NCBI GenBank assembly: GCA_040753815.1
Contig: JBFMDU010000020.1
Coordinates: 300,211-364,210 of the forward strand
Origin: Chloroflexota bacterium
Lineage (GTDB): Bacteria > Chloroflexota > Dehalococcoidia > GIF9 > JBFMDU01
DNA length: 64,000 bases
Direction of reading: 5' to 3'
This document shows, piece by piece, positions 34,511-45,278 of this stretch (within the stretch, counting starts at the first letter, position 1; each line of letters starts with the position of its first letter). Position numbers and translations under genes: made by a program. The notes beneath the pieces were generated by a model that was not told the DNA's origin, made no database searches, and saw only the letters and a program-made list of their open reading frames with translations.

Positions 34511-36016
34511 TTGGACGTTAGAGCATTCACTGGGGGATTCCTCGAAGCTCCGGTTGACACTATCGTTGTCGGGGTATTTGAAGGAGACAGGGGACTCAGT
34601 AATGTAGCGGTGGTTGTTGACAAAGCCATGGATGGGGCTATTTCCCGGATGGTTAAGGCTGGTGAAACGACTGGTAAGCAGGGTGATTGTATTGTCCTCC
34701 ATACCCTAGGGAAGCTGACTGCGTCCAGAGTTGTAGTTGTTGGACTTGGTAAAGCGGAGGAGTTGAGCCTGGAAAGGCTGAGGCGTGTTGCCGGCGAGAC
34801 GGGGCGCTTCCTCCGTCGGGTGAAGACACGGAAAGCAGTCGTGGAAGCGCTAGGAACTGGAGTTAAAGGTATCTCCTTTGAATCAGCCGGACAGGCCCTT
34901 GCTGAAGGCTTCATTATGGGACTGTACGCTTTTCATAAGTATCTGACCAAGGAGCCGGATGACGTCGCTATCGAGGAGTTGCTGGTGTCCGAAACGGATT
35001 CAGCCAGGGCTGTCGAGATAGAGAGAGGTTGTCGATTCGGGCGGGTGCTGGCCGATGCTGTAAACAGTACCCGGGATATGGTTAACGAACCAGCCAATCG
35101 CATGACGCCGTCAGATATGGCTGACATCGCCAGGACATTGGCCCGGGGGCACAGGTTGGAATGCACGGTGTTGGAGCGCGAGCAAATGTCTAGCCTAGGT
35201 ATGGGAGCTTTGCTCGGTGTTGCTCAGGGAAGCAGCCAGCCGCCAAAATTCATTGTCCTTGGTTATCGTGGTGCTCCGGATTCGTCCAAGGTAATGGGAT
35301 GGCTCGGGAAGGCTGTCACCTTTGATTCTGGGGGCATTTCATTGAAACAGTCTGATGGGATGGAATCAATGAAAGGTGACATGTCTGGCGGTTCTGCAGT
35401 GATGAATGCCGTAGCCGTTTTGGCTCAAATGGCGTTAAAGGCGAATGTAACTGCGATAGTGCCGGCGACTGAGAATATGCCTGGTGGCCGGGCGCAAAGG
35501 CCCGGGGATGTTGTTAAAGCGATGAACGGCAAAACGATCGAGGTTGTCAATACCGACGCTGAAGGCCGCTTGATACTGGCGGATGCCCTTTGTTATGCTG
35601 TGAAAGAGAAGCTGTCCACACTTGTGGATTTGGCCACGCTAACTGGTGCCTGTCATATCGCTCTCGGCGATTTTTGCAGTGGTCTGTTTGGCAACGATGA
35701 GCCATGGCAGAAGAAGGTGAGAGAAGCTGGTGAAGCTTCAGGTGAATGTCTCTGGCCGATGCCGATGTTTAATGACTATGCCGAGCAAATAAAAAGTACG
35801 GTGGCCGATATGAAGAATTCTGGGGGCAGATGGGGCGGAGCTATCACGGCGGCCAAGTTCCTGGCTGAATTTGCCGGTAATACGCCATGGGCTCATATTG
35901 ATATTGCTGGCACTGCCCAGACGGATAAGGAAAGAGGCTATCTGGTAAAGGGCGCCACCGGAGTTGGTGTGCGTACGCTTGTAAACCTGGCACGTTTGAC
36001 GGCACGAGAGGAATAG
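34511..36016 (+). CDS. pepA: Leucyl aminopeptidase (M17 family)
   Basis: NTDAEGRLILADAL motif, with metal-binding residues in the C-terminal catalytic domain. Confidence 0.85.
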   Translation: MDVRAFTGGFLEAPVDTIVVGVFEGDRGLSNVAVVVDKAMDGAISRMVKAGETTGKQGDCIVLHTLGKLTASRVVVVGLGKAEELSLERLRRVAGETGRFLRRVKTRKAVVEALGTGVKGISFESAGQALAEGFIMGLYAFHKYLTKEPDDVAIEELLVSETDSARAVEIERGCRFGRVLADAVNSTRDMVNEPANRMTPSDMADIARTLARGHRLECTVLEREQMSSLGMGALLGVAQGSSQPPKFIVLGYRGAPDSSKVMGWLGKAVTFDSGGISLKQSDGMESMKGDMSGGSAVMNAVAVLAQMALKANVTAIVPATENMPGGRAQRPGDVVKAMNGKTIEVVNTDAEGRLILADALCYAVKEKLSTLVDLATLTGACHIALGDFCSGLFGNDEPWQKKVREAGEASGECLWPMPMFNDYAEQIKSTVADMKNSGGRWGGAITAAKFLAEFAGNTPWAHIDIAGTAQTDKERGYLVKGATGVGVRTLVNLARLTAREE

Positions 36017-36057
36017 CGCCACGCGGGTACTCTGATTACCGGGTAAGGAGTGGGAAG

Positions 36058-36699
36058 ATGAGAATTAGGTGGCTTGGGCATGCATGTTTTCTCATTACGT
36101 CATCCAGTGGGCTTAGAATTGTAACTGACCCTTACAGCCCGGGAGGTGACCTGCGGTATGCTCCCATAAGAGAGACGGCCGAAATTGTGACGGTAAGCCA
36201 CGGTCATTTCGACCATGGGAACGTGAGTGCAATTGGTGGGAAGCCCGAGATTGTCAGGGGGTCAGGGATGGTGCGTGGTATTCAGTTCTTGGCCATTGAC
36301 ACGTTCCATGACAATATGCTCGGCAGTCAGCGGGGACGCAATACCGTCTTTTGTTTTGCTATGGATGGCATCAAGCTTGCTCATTTCGGGGACCTGGGGC
36401 ATAGCCTATCACTGCAACAATTGGAAGGGGTTGGCGCTGTTGATGTGGTCATGGTGCCGGTTGGCGGTAATTACACCATTGGGCCGGAGGATGCGTGGGC
36501 ACTTTGCCAGCAGTTAAGGCCGAAGGTCATTTTACCAATGCATTACCGTACAGCTAAAGTCAATATGCCGATAGCCCCAGTTGAGGATTTTATTCGGGGC
36601 AGGGTTGGTGTGAGGAAGCTGGAAGGTAGTGAAATCGAGCTGATGCGTGATCGCCTGCCTCAGTCAGTGGAGATAATTGTCCTTAAGCCAGCGCTTTAG
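36058..36699 (+). CDS. MBL-fold metallo-hydrolase (UPF0173-like)
   Basis: MRIRWLGHACFLI...SHGHFDHG histidine motif. Confidence 0.75.
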   Translation: MRIRWLGHACFLITSSSGLRIVTDPYSPGGDLRYAPIRETAEIVTVSHGHFDHGNVSAIGGKPEIVRGSGMVRGIQFLAIDTFHDNMLGSQRGRNTVFCFAMDGIKLAHFGDLGHSLSLQQLEGVGAVDVVMVPVGGNYTIGPEDAWALCQQLRPKVILPMHYRTAKVNMPIAPVEDFIRGRVGVRKLEGSEIELMRDRLPQSVEIIVLKPAL

Positions 36700-36717
36700 C
36701 AGGTTAGGCAGTGCGCC

Positions 36718-38154
36718 TTAGCGGAACAGGTGTGCCCACTTATCACGCACTTTTTTGAGGACTGCCGCATCCGACTTAATCGAAGACGGGTACTTCTTAA
36801 TCAGGTGGTAGGGGCGGCAGGCATTGATGATTGCTCGGGATTCTTCAAACTGCCCGATTTCTTTGTAGTGCATTGGAACCGCCGGGTTGGCCGCTGAACC
36901 GTAGCATCCCCTAACGATGTCGATTGAGGTAGCGGGGTCGGTCCGGGTGCTGATGGCCCATAGTACGTCTGGTATGTTGGCCGGGTCGATGTCGTCGTCA
37001 ACCAGTATGATATAGCGGCATCCGATACGCGTGGCGCTTGAGCCGGCGGCGATAAGGCCGGCATGTTTGGCGTGGCCGCTATAGCTTTGCTTCACAGCGA
37101 TGACTACCATGCCATGGATGCTGGCCTCTTCCACAACCCAGACACCGGCAATGCTGCCAACCTGCCGTTCCAGTTCATCCCAGAGAGATGCCGCCTTCTG
37201 TAGATGCCTTCCAAGCGTCCAGACACTCGGAAGAATTGATGGTGGGTTGCCCTGAATAATTGGACTGCTCCGGTGCATAACTGTCTTTACCTTGAACACT
37301 GGTATGGGAGTGATGCCGCCGGCATAATATCCGGCCCACTCGCCGAAAGGGCCTTCATTCGCCGTCTCAATCCTTGGCGGTAAAATCTCGCCATCAAGGA
37401 CAATTTCGGCTGAAGCAGGCACTGGCAGGTCAGTATAGATACTCTTCGTAACCTTGACCGCCTCCCCTGCCAGGCCTCCGGCCATGTCGTATTCGGAAAT
37501 GCCCCATTGCTTGCCTTCCCATGCGGCGGCGGCCCAGACGATTGGCTCAGGGCCGATGGCTACTGCGGCAGGGCATGGCTTTCCTTTTGACCAGTACTTC
37601 TTCTGGATATCCCGGCCATGGTGGCCAGGCATGATCATTATCGTGGCATTGTCTTTACTATGTGCTTGGACCCGGTATACTGAGACATTTACCCAGTCTT
37701 CTTCTGGATCGCGCATGATACAGACAGCGCCGGTGCCTATGTAGCGGCCGCCGTCGAGAGCATGCCACTTGGGTACAGGGAATTTTAACAGGTCGACATC
37801 CCTATCTTTTAGTACGTTCTCTTTAACCGGCCCTGTCTCAACCCATACGGGCGGGACACGCTTGATACCTTCAGCAATCCTATTCTTGAAGGCTTTAACC
37901 AGCTCGACACCTCTCAGGTCAGGCGGTAGTCCGAGTGCTATGGCAGTCCGGTAAGGTGAGGCGAAGACGTTAAGGGCAACACGGAAGCCGGGAGGGTATC
38001 CGGGAACCTTGTCGAACAACAGGAGCGGGCGAGTTGGTATGGACTCCTGTATTTCGCCAATCTGGCCCATTTCCATGTCCCAGTGCGCCCCTTCCACTAC
38101 CTGTACTTCATCATGTTGACGGGCCTTCTCGATAAACGTCCTCAGATCGTCCAT
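36718..38154 (-). CDS. UbiD-family (prenyl-FMN-dependent) decarboxylase
   Basis: 478 aa. UbiD-like N-terminus and a conserved central region. Confidence 0.8.
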   Translation of the reverse strand: MDDLRTFIEKARQHDEVQVVEGAHWDMEMGQIGEIQESIPTRPLLLFDKVPGYPPGFRVALNVFASPYRTAIALGLPPDLRGVELVKAFKNRIAEGIKRVPPVWVETGPVKENVLKDRDVDLLKFPVPKWHALDGGRYIGTGAVCIMRDPEEDWVNVSVYRVQAHSKDNATIMIMPGHHGRDIQKKYWSKGKPCPAAVAIGPEPIVWAAAAWEGKQWGISEYDMAGGLAGEAVKVTKSIYTDLPVPASAEIVLDGEILPPRIETANEGPFGEWAGYYAGGITPIPVFKVKTVMHRSSPIIQGNPPSILPSVWTLGRHLQKAASLWDELERQVGSIAGVWVVEEASIHGMVVIAVKQSYSGHAKHAGLIAAGSSATRIGCRYIILVDDDIDPANIPDVLWAISTRTDPATSIDIVRGCYGSAANPAVPMHYKEIGQFEESRAIINACRPYHLIKKYPSSIKSDAAVLKKVRDKWAHLFR

Positions 38155-38226
38155 ATGGCACCTCCTGTGCCCGGTAGTATACCTCAGGAAGGTCTGGTTT
38201 GAACTGTTACTGGTGATATTGAGGAG

Positions 38227-39075
38227 TCAGTCAAGATGTTTGCCGGCCAGGGCGAAAAGTTCCCTGGCGCATTTTTCAGGGACGTCCGGTTGGCCAAGTT
38301 CGCCGCCGGCTTCACCGCCGAGGCCGTGGTAATCGCTTCCGCCGGTTACTATCAGCTTATGCTGGGCGGCGATGGCGACCAGGTTGTGGATAACTTCGAG
38401 CCTGTAGCCATTGTAGTAGGCTTCGAGCCCTACCAACCCGGCAGCCTTGAGCTGTTTTATGAAATCGTCTAGGTTGGGCACGTCGGCAGGGTGTGCGAGC
38501 ACTGGCAGGCCGCCAACACCGAGGATAAGCTTCACAGCGCCGACGGGAGTGATTTTTTCACGCTCGACGTAAGCGGGACCGTTACGCCCTATGTAGCGGT
38601 CAAAGGCATCCCTGAAGGATGATACGTGACCGGCCTCTAGAAGTGCCTGTGCCACATGCGGCCGCCCGACCGAACCGGTACCGGCAATCTCTTGGACCCG
38701 CTCCCATTTGATGTTCTTCCCCAGTGTCTGCAGTTTTGCCACCATCTTAGCCCCACGTTCACGGCGGGAATGGCGCAGGTGCTCGAGCTCCGTATTGAGC
38801 TGGGGGCTGTGATAGTCGATAAAGTAGCCAAGGATGTGGAGTTCACCATCGGTGACATCACAGTTGATTTCGACACCCGGGACAACAGTAATGGTGGGGT
38901 AAGTCTTTGCCGTCTCAAGAGCCGCAGGGATGCCAGCAACAGTATCATGGTCGCTGATGCCCAGGACATTAATGCCCAGCCGCGCCGCAGACGCAATAAG
39001 TTGTTCGGGTGTAAGCTTGCCGTCAGAAGCGGTGGTGTGAGTGTGGAGGTCGACTCTCATGTGTGTCCTAATCAA
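38227..39075 (-). CDS. PHP-domain phosphoesterase
   Basis: VDLHTHTTASDG...ISDHD PHP motifs. Confidence 0.8.
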   Translation of the reverse strand: MIRTHMRVDLHTHTTASDGKLTPEQLIASAARLGINVLGISDHDTVAGIPAALETAKTYPTITVVPGVEINCDVTDGELHILGYFIDYHSPQLNTELEHLRHSRRERGAKMVAKLQTLGKNIKWERVQEIAGTGSVGRPHVAQALLEAGHVSSFRDAFDRYIGRNGPAYVEREKITPVGAVKLILGVGGLPVLAHPADVPNLDDFIKQLKAAGLVGLEAYYNGYRLEVIHNLVAIAAQHKLIVTGGSDYHGLGGEAGGELGQPDVPEKCARELFALAGKHLD

Positions 39076-39835
39076 CCTCGCGGTAGATACGCTCCACCCT
39101 GGTTGATTTCAGTGTTGTTTCGTCAATTTCCACGAATACGGCGCTGAAACCAGCTCGGCCTTTGGCCACAGTTATGCGGTGAGGTAGGCGGGTGAGGAAA
39201 CCATTGATAACTGACTCGACATCGTTACCGATGACCGAGTCGAGAGGGCCGACCATGCCGATATCCGTCATGTAAGCTGTTCCCAGAGGAAGGATTGTCA
39301 GGTCAACGGTAGCAACATGAGTGTGGGTACCGAAGACAGCGCTGACACGTCCATCGAGGTACCGTCCCATGGCGATTTTTTCAGAAGTAGCTTCAGCGTG
39401 GAAGTCGACAATAATCGGGAGATGCTTTTCGGTAAGCTGTGGCAGGAGCTGGTCAGCCCCCCGGAAGGGACAATCGTAATTACCGATAAAGGTGCGTCCC
39501 ATCAGGTTGACGACGATGGCTTTTTCAGTGCAGATGAAGCCGCGGCCGGGCGCTCCCGGCGGGTAATTCAATGGGCGGAGGATGGGTAATGGGCCATTAA
39601 GATGGGGGATGATTTCCTTCTGTGCCCAGACATGGTTGCCGGTGGTTATGACATCGACACCGGCGGATAGGAGTTCTTGCGCCGTCTCAGGAGTAATGCC
39701 AGCTCCGTGGGCGGCATTCTCGCCATTGCAGATGACGAAGTCAATGGAATAATCAGTACGCAAACCTGGTAAAAGCTGCTGAACGGCTTTTCTGCCAGGC
39801 TTGCCGACAACATCACCGATAACCAGCGTTCGCAA
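39068..39835 (-). CDS. ymdB: YmdB-like metallophosphoesterase (2',3'-cyclic-nucleotide phosphodiesterase, TIGR00282 family)
   Basis: MRTLVIGDVVGKPGRKAV...VICNGENAAHGAGIT...TGNHVW. Immediately downstream of rny, as in Bacillus. Confidence 0.8.
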   Translation of the reverse strand: MRTLVIGDVVGKPGRKAVQQLLPGLRTDYSIDFVICNGENAAHGAGITPETAQELLSAGVDVITTGNHVWAQKEIIPHLNGPLPILRPLNYPPGAPGRGFICTEKAIVVNLMGRTFIGNYDCPFRGADQLLPQLTEKHLPIIVDFHAEATSEKIAMGRYLDGRVSAVFGTHTHVATVDLTILPLGTAYMTDIGMVGPLDSVIGNDVESVINGFLTRLPHRITVAKGRAGFSAVFVEIDETTLKSTRVERIYREVD

Positions 39836-39854
39836 GAGGGCTTTCCTTTGCTAA

Positions 39855-41405
39855 CTACTTCGCGTAGTCCACCGCCCTCGTTTCGCGCACCACAGTAACT
39901 TTTATCTGCCCGGGATATGCCAGGTTTTCCTCGATTTTCTTGACGATGTCTCTCGCCAGTCTCATCACGCCCAGGTCGTCAATAGAATCAGGCTTGACCA
40001 TGATTCTTATTTCACGACCGGCTTGAATGGCATAGGCCTTCTCGACGCCAGGGAAGCTGGTGGCCACTTGTTCGAGGTCTTCAATGCGCTTCAGGTATTG
40101 TTCTACCGACTCGTGCCTGGCCCCAAGCCTCGACCCGCTGATTGCATCAGCGGTGGCGACAATGAAACCAAGGATACTGCTGGTTGGAGTTTCATTGTGG
40201 TGCTCCGCTACCGCCTGGGCAATTTCAGGTAATTTTTCCCACTGTTTGACAACTTCGGCGCCGACGAGGGCGTGCGGTCCTTCAACTTCCTGACTGAGTC
40301 CTTTGCCAATGTCGTGCAGGAGTCCCGCTTTTTTAGCGTGTGCGACGTTTGTGTTTAGCTCAGCAGCCAGCATACCAGAGAGGGCCGCTACCTCGAGACT
40401 GTGGTTGAGCATGTTCTGTCCATAGCTGGTCCGAAATTTGAGTCTTCCCACAAGCTTAACAAGTTCGGGATGCAATCCTTGAACGCCGGACTTGTACATA
40501 GCTTGCTCGCCTTCGGCTTTGATGGTTGCTTCGACTTCGCTCCGGGCCTTTTCCACGACTTCTTCTACCCTGGCTGGATGGATCCGGCCATCGAGAATAA
40601 GTTTGTTCAGGGCGACTCGAGCAATCTCCCGGCGGATGGGGTCAAAGCTGGAGATGGTTACAGTGCCCGGGGTATCGTCGATGATGAGGTCGACCCCGGT
40701 AGCCTGCTCGAGGGCACGTATATTGCGGCCTTCGCGGCCGATGAGCCGGCCCTTCATATCATCGTTGGGAAGGGAGACTACCGAGACGGTGGTTTCTGTG
40801 GTGACATCACTGGCATAGCGCTGGATGGCAGTAGCTAGTATGTCCCGAGCCTTGGTTTCAGACTCTTCTTTTACTCTAGCCTCAAACTCGCGCACCCGGC
40901 GTGAGGCCTCATCACGAATCTCACCCTCGATATTCTGGAGCAGGAGTTGACGGGCTTCGTCGCTGGACATACCGGAGACTTGCTCGAGTTCATGAAGACG
41001 GCGATTCCGGAGTTCCTCAAGCTGGGCCTTAATATTGTCGGCTTCCTTTTCTTTGTTGGCCAGGTTATGTTCGCGGCGTTCGGCGGAGTCGAGTTTGCGC
41101 TCGAGCGTTTCCTCTTTCTGTACCAGCCGTCGTTCCTGGCGCTGGAGTTCAGCCCGCCTTTCCTTGAGCTCGTTCTCGGCTTCAGCCTTTAGCTTTGTGC
41201 CATCTTCTCTCGCTTCAACCAGGACTTGCTTTGATTTTACATTTGCCTCGTCTAAGAGTCTTTTTGCTTCAATTTCCGCCGCTTTAAAGGTCTTGGTGGA
41301 GAGTATCTGACGTACGAAGAACCCTAGAAGACCGCCAAGAATAATATAGGTTACACCCATTACGACGAGAATGAGGATGGGTACCCCCAAGTTCAAAGAT
41401 TCCAT
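39855..41405 (-). CDS. rny: Ribonuclease Y
   Basis: N-terminal transmembrane helix, a coiled-coil, a KH domain and an HD domain (LLHDIGK). Confidence 0.9.
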   Translation of the reverse strand: MESLNLGVPILILVVMGVTYIILGGLLGFFVRQILSTKTFKAAEIEAKRLLDEANVKSKQVLVEAREDGTKLKAEAENELKERRAELQRQERRLVQKEETLERKLDSAERREHNLANKEKEADNIKAQLEELRNRRLHELEQVSGMSSDEARQLLLQNIEGEIRDEASRRVREFEARVKEESETKARDILATAIQRYASDVTTETTVSVVSLPNDDMKGRLIGREGRNIRALEQATGVDLIIDDTPGTVTISSFDPIRREIARVALNKLILDGRIHPARVEEVVEKARSEVEATIKAEGEQAMYKSGVQGLHPELVKLVGRLKFRTSYGQNMLNHSLEVAALSGMLAAELNTNVAHAKKAGLLHDIGKGLSQEVEGPHALVGAEVVKQWEKLPEIAQAVAEHHNETPTSSILGFIVATADAISGSRLGARHESVEQYLKRIEDLEQVATSFPGVEKAYAIQAGREIRIMVKPDSIDDLGVMRLARDIVKKIEENLAYPGQIKVTVVRETRAVDYAK

Positions 41406-41543
41406 TTTGGGTCCTCACTTTATGTTTGACACCTCCAAGAAGGTGATTTTACAACTCCAATACTAGTTGTTGGCGGGTATTATTGTCAAGAAGAAAATTA
41501 ACTCGTTCGGTTCGCTCACTCAGGATAGATTGGTGGTACTATA

Positions 41544-42806
41544 ATGTGTTGCCATGAACAAGGAGGATGTTTGACAAAGCCCGTTACTGCCGTAGCCTGG
41601 ATGGGCAATCTTGGGACGTTTTCAGCTCTCAGGGTAAAAGGGTATCGCAGTTTCTGGTCGGGACTGCTGGCCATTTACTTCGGCGTCCAGGTGCAATCAC
41701 TGGCCGCGGCTTGGCTGGCTTATGAACTGACGCACTCGCCATTTAAGCTGGGGCTGGTGGCGGCGGCATGGGCATTGCCGGTAGTGCTCTTCTCGGTATT
41801 CGGCGGCGTTGCCGCCGACCGTGTGCCGAAGCGCACTGTCCTCATCTGGAGTCGCCTGTGGATAAGTCTGATTACCTGCACAGTAGCTACTCTGATTGCT
41901 ACCGGATTAATCGAGTACTGGCACTTGGTAGCTGCCGGTATGCTCCTCGGTTTCGGTTATGCCTTCAGCTTGGCGGCGAACCAGGCAATTATTCCGGAAC
42001 TGGTGCCGTCTGAACTGACGCTTAATGCCATCGCGTTGAATAACAGCGGCTTTAATCTCAGCCGTGTTGCTGGGCCGGCTCTGGCGGGGGTCCTGATAGG
42101 AACAGTTGGGACAGCCGGGGCGTATTATACGGCGACCGTGTGTTATCTGGTTGCTATCGGTGTACTGTGGACCCTGCCGAAGACGGGGAATAAAGCAATT
42201 GGGCGCGGGCCGATCCTGGAGTTTATGGTCGAAGGGTTCAGATACGTCTGGGGAAATCGGTCGGTAATGCTTATCATAGCTCTGGAATTTGTGCTTCTGT
42301 TTATTGCTATGCCCTTCCAGAGTTTTATGCCAGCTTTTGCCGAGCGGCTGAACGTGCAGGCGATGGGCTACGGTTTTCTGGTGATGATGCTTGGAGTTGG
42401 TGCTATGATTGGTTCGTTGGGAGTGGCTTCTCTCGGCAACTTTGAGAAAAAGGGTTGGCTATTGCTGTTCTCCGGATTAGCCTACGGGGCGGCAATCGCG
42501 ATATTCTCCAGCTTGCAGTCATTCGGTGCGGCGCTGGCTTTATTAGTGTTGGTCGGCCTTTCCGGCGCTTCGTATCTGGCAACGAGCAACACCCTCATTC
42601 AGATGAATGTGACCGACGCGGTCAGGGGTAGGGTAATGAGTGTCTATTTGACGGTTAGCGGTCTCCAGCCCTTAGGTGTTCTGCTGATTGGTGCGCTTGC
42701 GGAGGTGCTTGGTGTTCCAACCGTTGTGGCCATCGGCGGCGGTATCATTTTTGTCCTGATGCTGGTAATGCTGTTCGTTCTCACCAGCGTGCGGCGGCTC
42801 AAGTAG
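41544..42806 (+). CDS. MFS transporter
   Basis: 12 predicted transmembrane helices. The start is uncertain; candidates are ATG 41544, TTG 41571 and ATG 41601. Confidence 0.75.
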   Translation: MCCHEQGGCLTKPVTAVAWMGNLGTFSALRVKGYRSFWSGLLAIYFGVQVQSLAAAWLAYELTHSPFKLGLVAAAWALPVVLFSVFGGVAADRVPKRTVLIWSRLWISLITCTVATLIATGLIEYWHLVAAGMLLGFGYAFSLAANQAIIPELVPSELTLNAIALNNSGFNLSRVAGPALAGVLIGTVGTAGAYYTATVCYLVAIGVLWTLPKTGNKAIGRGPILEFMVEGFRYVWGNRSVMLIIALEFVLLFIAMPFQSFMPAFAERLNVQAMGYGFLVMMLGVGAMIGSLGVASLGNFEKKGWLLLFSGLAYGAAIAIFSSLQSFGAALALLVLVGLSGASYLATSNTLIQMNVTDAVRGRVMSVYLTVSGLQPLGVLLIGALAEVLGVPTVVAIGGGIIFVLMLVMLFVLTSVRRLK

Positions 42807-42812
42807 CCAGAC

Positions 42813-43070
42813 CTATTGTTCAGCTACGCGCTCCAACTCGAAGCGGAAGTTTTCAATGACCGTATTGGCCAGCAGTTTGCGGCACATTTCCGTCACCTGC
42901 TCACGTGCGCGAGCTTCATCGTTCTCCTGAAGGCGCACCTCGATATACTTGCCGGCGCGGACGCTGGTCACATCTTGAAAGCCGAGGTTGTGTAAGGCAC
43001 CTTTTATAGTAAGGCCCTGCGGGTCATTTACGGTGGGCTTGAGGGTAATGTAGCATTTAGCGAGGAACAT
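42813..43070 (-). CDS. purS: Phosphoribosylformylglycinamidine synthase subunit PurS
   Basis: 85 aa, with the PurS fold signature. Confidence 0.85.
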   Translation of the reverse strand: MFLAKCYITLKPTVNDPQGLTIKGALHNLGFQDVTSVRAGKYIEVRLQENDEARAREQVTEMCRKLLANTVIENFRFELERVAEQ

Positions 43071-43973
43071 TTAAGTCACCAATTCCTTTCCGGTCAGTCG
43101 ACGGAAGGCCTCGCGGTAGCGCTGAGTGGTGGCCTTGACCACGTCGGGTGGCAGAATGGGGGTGGGGGGTTCTTTGTTCCAGCCGGAAGAGACTAGCCAA
43201 TCGCGTACCGGCTGTTTATCAAAGCTGGATGGCGATGTCCCAACCTGGTACCGGGCAACATCCCAGAAGCGGCTGGAATCAGGCGTCAGGAGTTCGTCAA
43301 TCAGGCTCAGCTTACCGTCTATGATGCCAAATTCGAACTTAGTATCGGCGATGATAATGCCGCGCTGTCTGGCATAATCGCGGGCGAATTCGTAGACGGA
43401 GATAGTTGCCTTTTTAAGGTCAGTGGCAAGCCTCTTGCCGACCAGACTCTCCATATGCTCCGGCGTCAGTGGCTCATCGTGGCCAGCTTCAGCCTTAGTG
43501 GTTGGTGTGAACAGGGGCTGGGCTAACAGCTGGCTCTCTTTGAGACCTGGAGGTAGGGGTGTGTCTGTCACGGTTCCCTTTGATTGGTACTCGACCCAGG
43601 CCGAGCCGGAAATATAACCGCGGACGACGCATTCAACGGGAATACGCTCCGCTTTTTTGACCACCATGGCGCGTCCGGTTACGTAATCGGGGTAGGGTGC
43701 TCCGTAAGAAGCCAATTCTGCCAGCATCGAAGGACTGGTGACAACTTTTACCACATGGTTGGGTATGATGTGGGCCGTCTTTTCGAACCAGAAGGCGGAA
43801 AGCTGGTTAAGGACAGCGCCTTTATCGGGGATGCCGTTGGGCAAGACAAAATCGAAGGCTGAGATCCGGTCGGTAGCGACTATCAGCAGTCTATCGCCAA
43901 GGTCATAGGTATCACGCACCTTGCCTCGGCCGAACAAGGGCAGATTTAGCTTCGTTTCAGTGATAACACTCAT
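43071..43973 (-). CDS. purC: SAICAR synthetase
   Basis: N-terminal motif YDLGDRLLIVATDRISAFD. Confidence 0.9.
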   Translation of the reverse strand: MSVITETKLNLPLFGRGKVRDTYDLGDRLLIVATDRISAFDFVLPNGIPDKGAVLNQLSAFWFEKTAHIIPNHVVKVVTSPSMLAELASYGAPYPDYVTGRAMVVKKAERIPVECVVRGYISGSAWVEYQSKGTVTDTPLPPGLKESQLLAQPLFTPTTKAEAGHDEPLTPEHMESLVGKRLATDLKKATISVYEFARDYARQRGIIIADTKFEFGIIDGKLSLIDELLTPDSSRFWDVARYQVGTSPSSFDKQPVRDWLVSSGWNKEPPTPILPPDVVKATTQRYREAFRRLTGKELVT

Positions 43974-45277
43974 TTCTTACTTTTTTCGTTGAGGCCAAGT
44001 CGGGCGAAGACCTCATCGACGTGCTTGAGATAGAAATTATAATTGAAAAGGGTGTCAAGCTCCTTCGGCTTGATGGAAGCGGCAACATCGCGGTCAGCTT
44101 TGAGGAGACCGAGGAATGACACCTGCTCCTTCCATGCCTTCATGGCATTGCGCTGGACAAGTTCATAGGCACGCTCCCGTTTTACGCCTTTTTCAATCAG
44201 CGTCAGGAGTACCCTCTGCGAAAAGACCAGGCCCTGGGTGATTTCGAGGTTGCGGCGCATGTTCTCAGGATAGACATTAAGGCCCTTGATGATGCCTGTG
44301 AAGATGGAGAGAGCATAGTCAAGGACGAGACAGGCATCAGGCAAAATGACCCGCTCGGTAGAAGAATGACTGATATCACGCTCATGCCACAAAGCTACGT
44401 TCTCCATGGAAGTCACCGCGTAGCCGCGCAGGAGGCGGGCCAGACCGCAGACCCGCTCGCATAACTCAGGGTTGCGTTTATGAGGCATGGCGGAAGAACC
44501 TGTTTGGCCGGCCTCGAAAGGTTCTTCGGCCTCGAGCACCTCGGTCTTCTGGAGGGCGCGGACCTCGGTAGCGAATTTTTCCAGAGAAGCGCCGATTATG
44601 GCAAGAGTAGTAACGAACTGAGCGTGCCGGTCGCGCTGTATGACTTGGTTTGAGACAGGCGCTGGCGTAAGACCAAGGCGGGCACAGGCTTTCTGCTCGA
44701 TTTCAGGCGGTACGGTGGCATAGGTACCGACAGCGCCTGACATTTTGCCGACATTGATGAATTTCGTTGCTTCGGTCAAGCGCGCCGCGTTACGCTTCAT
44801 TTCTTCGACCCAGATGGCCAGCTTGAGGCCAAAGGTGATAGGCTCGGCATGGACGCCGTGGGTACGGCCCATCATGATGGTCTTCTTGTGCTGGACGGCT
44901 TTCTCTTTGAGAGCCGCCAGCAGCCCTTCAATATCCTCAGCCAGAAAGGTTGCAGCTTCTTTCATCTGGAGGCTGGTGGCAGTGTCCATAATATCGGAAG
45001 AGGTCAGCCCGTGGTGAATCCATCTTGATTCTTCACCAAGACTCTTGCCCACCGAGCGGAGGAAAGCGGTGACATCGTGGTGCGTGATTTTGAAGTATTC
45101 AGCATAAAGTTCTGGTAAAAACCTTGCCTTTCTGAGCTTTATCATATCGGCCTTCGGTATGACGCCGAGCTCGGTCCAGGCCTCGCAGACAGCGAGTTCG
45201 ATACGGAGCCATAGCTGGAATTTGTTGTCTTCCGACCAGACACTCTTCATAGCCGGCCGGCTGTAGCGTTCGATCAA
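43970..45277 (-). CDS. purB: Adenylosuccinate lyase
   Basis: IERYSRPAMKSVWSEDNKF N-terminus and the lyase signature GSSAMPHKRNP. The ORF track runs on to 45550 but overlaps purE. Start set at TTG 45277, preceded by GGAGG and placed 1 nt after the purE stop. Confidence 0.8.
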   Translation of the reverse strand: MIERYSRPAMKSVWSEDNKFQLWLRIELAVCEAWTELGVIPKADMIKLRKARFLPELYAEYFKITHHDVTAFLRSVGKSLGEESRWIHHGLTSSDIMDTATSLQMKEAATFLAEDIEGLLAALKEKAVQHKKTIMMGRTHGVHAEPITFGLKLAIWVEEMKRNAARLTEATKFINVGKMSGAVGTYATVPPEIEQKACARLGLTPAPVSNQVIQRDRHAQFVTTLAIIGASLEKFATEVRALQKTEVLEAEEPFEAGQTGSSAMPHKRNPELCERVCGLARLLRGYAVTSMENVALWHERDISHSSTERVILPDACLVLDYALSIFTGIIKGLNVYPENMRRNLEITQGLVFSQRVLLTLIEKGVKRERAYELVQRNAMKAWKEQVSFLGLLKADRDVAASIKPKELDTLFNYNFYLKHVDEVFARLGLNEKSKK

Positions 45278-45278
45278 T

